A stretch of DNA of 64,000 bases, from contig OZ316891.1 in the NCBI GenBank assembly GCA_973895155.1, positions 22,085,168-22,149,167 of the forward strand. The letters are read 5' to 3'. Below the pieces are notes generated by a model. It did not search any database. It saw nothing but the letters and a program-made list of their open reading frames with translations, and was not told the DNA's origin. This stretch comes from Marsupella aquatica. Taxonomy: Eukaryota > Plantae > Marchantiophyta. Below are positions 62,400-64,000 of this stretch, one piece after another (position 1 is the stretch's first letter; each line of letters begins with the position of its first letter). The translations under genes were made by a program, and so were the position numbers.

Positions 62400-64000
62400 G
62401 CCTGTTCCAACCACAATTATCATCAACACAACACCTTGGCTCGCGAATGAGCAGCCCTGCACGTAGTCCATCACGTCCTATTCAAATTCCTTCGATACAA
62501 TCTTCAAATGGACAACTCCACCGCAGAAAATGGTCTGAGAATTGTGCTTACACAAGTCAAATCATGCATGGCTTACCTGAAGTAGTAAGTGTCGGGATAG
62601 CTTTTCACTTTGGACTTGAATTTAAGAGCCGCATAGATGCTCAAATCAGGTAGAATCCAATTGGAATGAGCGAATGGGCCTGGTCGGTTTAGCAATAAGT
62701 TGATCCAGCCTCTGAAGCCGATCTTACTCCTGCTTAGATAATAGCAATCACACCCGAAAGAATAGTATTGTTTGAACGCCGGAATGTCCAACCACTTGGG
62801 TACGCGAACACATAATGGCAGGCATTGTAGTAAGCACTCTGCTAGGCGCATACTGCGGCCATCTTCCTCACTGCAAACGTGACCCATTCTATGTCAGGTG
62901 GGGTTCGACTTTATTTATTGCACTGGAACCTGTTCGAACCACAATAAACACAACACCTTGGCTCGCCAATGCAGCAGCCCTACACGTAGTCTATTCAAAT
63001 TTCTACGATACAACCTTCAAATGGACAACTCCACCGCAGAAAATGGTCTGAGAATTGTGCTTATACAAGTCAAATCACGCATGGATTACCTGAAGTGGTT
63101 AGTGTCGCGATAGCTTTTCACTTTGGACTTGAATTTAAGAGCCGCACAGATGCTCAAATCAGGTAGAATCCAATTGGAATGAGCGACTGGGCCTGGTCGG
63201 TTGAGCAATAAGTTGATCCAGCCTCTGAAGCCGATCTTACGCCTGCTTAGATAATAGTATTGTTTGAACGCCGGAATGTCCAACCACTTGGGTACGCGCA
63301 TTGTAGTAAGCACTCTGCTAGGCGCATGCTCCGGCCATCTTCCTCACTGCAAGCGTGACCAATTCTATGTCAGGTGGGGTCCGACTTTATTTATTGCACT
63401 GGAACCTGTTCGAACCACAATAAACACAACACCTTGGCTCGCCAATGCAGCAGCCCTACACGTAGTCTATCACGTCCTATTCAAATTTCTACGATACAAC
63501 CTTCAAATCGACAACTCCACCGCAGAAAATGGTCTGAGAATTGTGCTTATACAAGTCAAATCACGCATGGATTACCTGAAGTGGTAAGTGTCGCGATAGC
63601 TTTTCACTTTGGACTTGAATTTAAGAGCCGCATAGATGCTCAAATCAGGTAGAATCCAATTGGAATGAGCGACTGGGCCTGGTCGGTTTAGCAATAAGTT
63701 GATTCAGCCTCTGAAGCCGATCTTACGCCTGCTTAGATAATAGTATTGTTTGAACGCCGGAATGTCCAACCACTTGGGTACGCGCATTGTAGTAAGCACT
63801 CTGCTAGGCGCATGCTCCGGCCATCTTCCTCACTGCAAGCGTGACCAATTCTATGTCAGGTGGTGGGGTCCGACTTTATTTATTGCACTGGAACCTGTTC
63901 GAACCACAATAAAAACACCTTGGCTCGCCAATGCAGCAGCCCTACACGTAGTCTATCACGTCCTATTCAAATTTCTACGATACAACCTTCAAATGGACAA
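62400..64000. repeat. ~484-bp tandem repeat (>3 units, runs off window)
   Basis: caccttggctcgc occurs at ~62432, ~62955, ~63430 and ~63916. Confidence 0.92.

Larger units (their letters stand above)
53343..64000. repeat. Segmental duplication, copy 2 (runs off window end)
   Basis: Near-identical to 1-9945, with an extra ~65-bp tandem duplication at 53361-53480 and an expanded 484-bp array. Confidence 0.97.

Overview
This is repeat-rich eukaryotic nuclear DNA, most likely from a non-seed land plant (inferred from a chloroplast-type UPRT exon structure, an F-box/kelch gene, and nardilysin and PRP6-like fragments). Bases 1-~9945 recur almost identically at 53343-64000 as a segmental duplication carrying a decayed multi-exon UPRT gene, an intronless nardilysin-like fragment, a PRP6-like HAT-repeat ORF and a ~484-bp tandem repeat. 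Two diverged Ty3/gypsy-type retroelements dominate the centre: E1 (19225-28358, TSD ACAT) and E2 (28460-51214, TSD CGAT, heavily nested). Both have the polyprotein order Gag-protease-C5 DNA methyltransferase-RT-RNaseH-DDE integrase-PHD finger; E1 has lost the methyltransferase core by an in-frame deletion. Neither has normal LTRs. Both read A-internal-B-GC-A-B, with a palindromic GACA-GC-TGTC junction, a G-tract before B1 and a 12-nt self-complementary (Tf1-like) primer site right after A1. This is the layout expected if a 2-LTR circle is opened at an att site internal to the LTR and then integrated, which is a candidate undescribed transposition pathway. E2 also hosts three 3.8-4.7 kb TG...CA inserts (two with antisense ORFs, one landing in the palindromic junction) and three MITEs.
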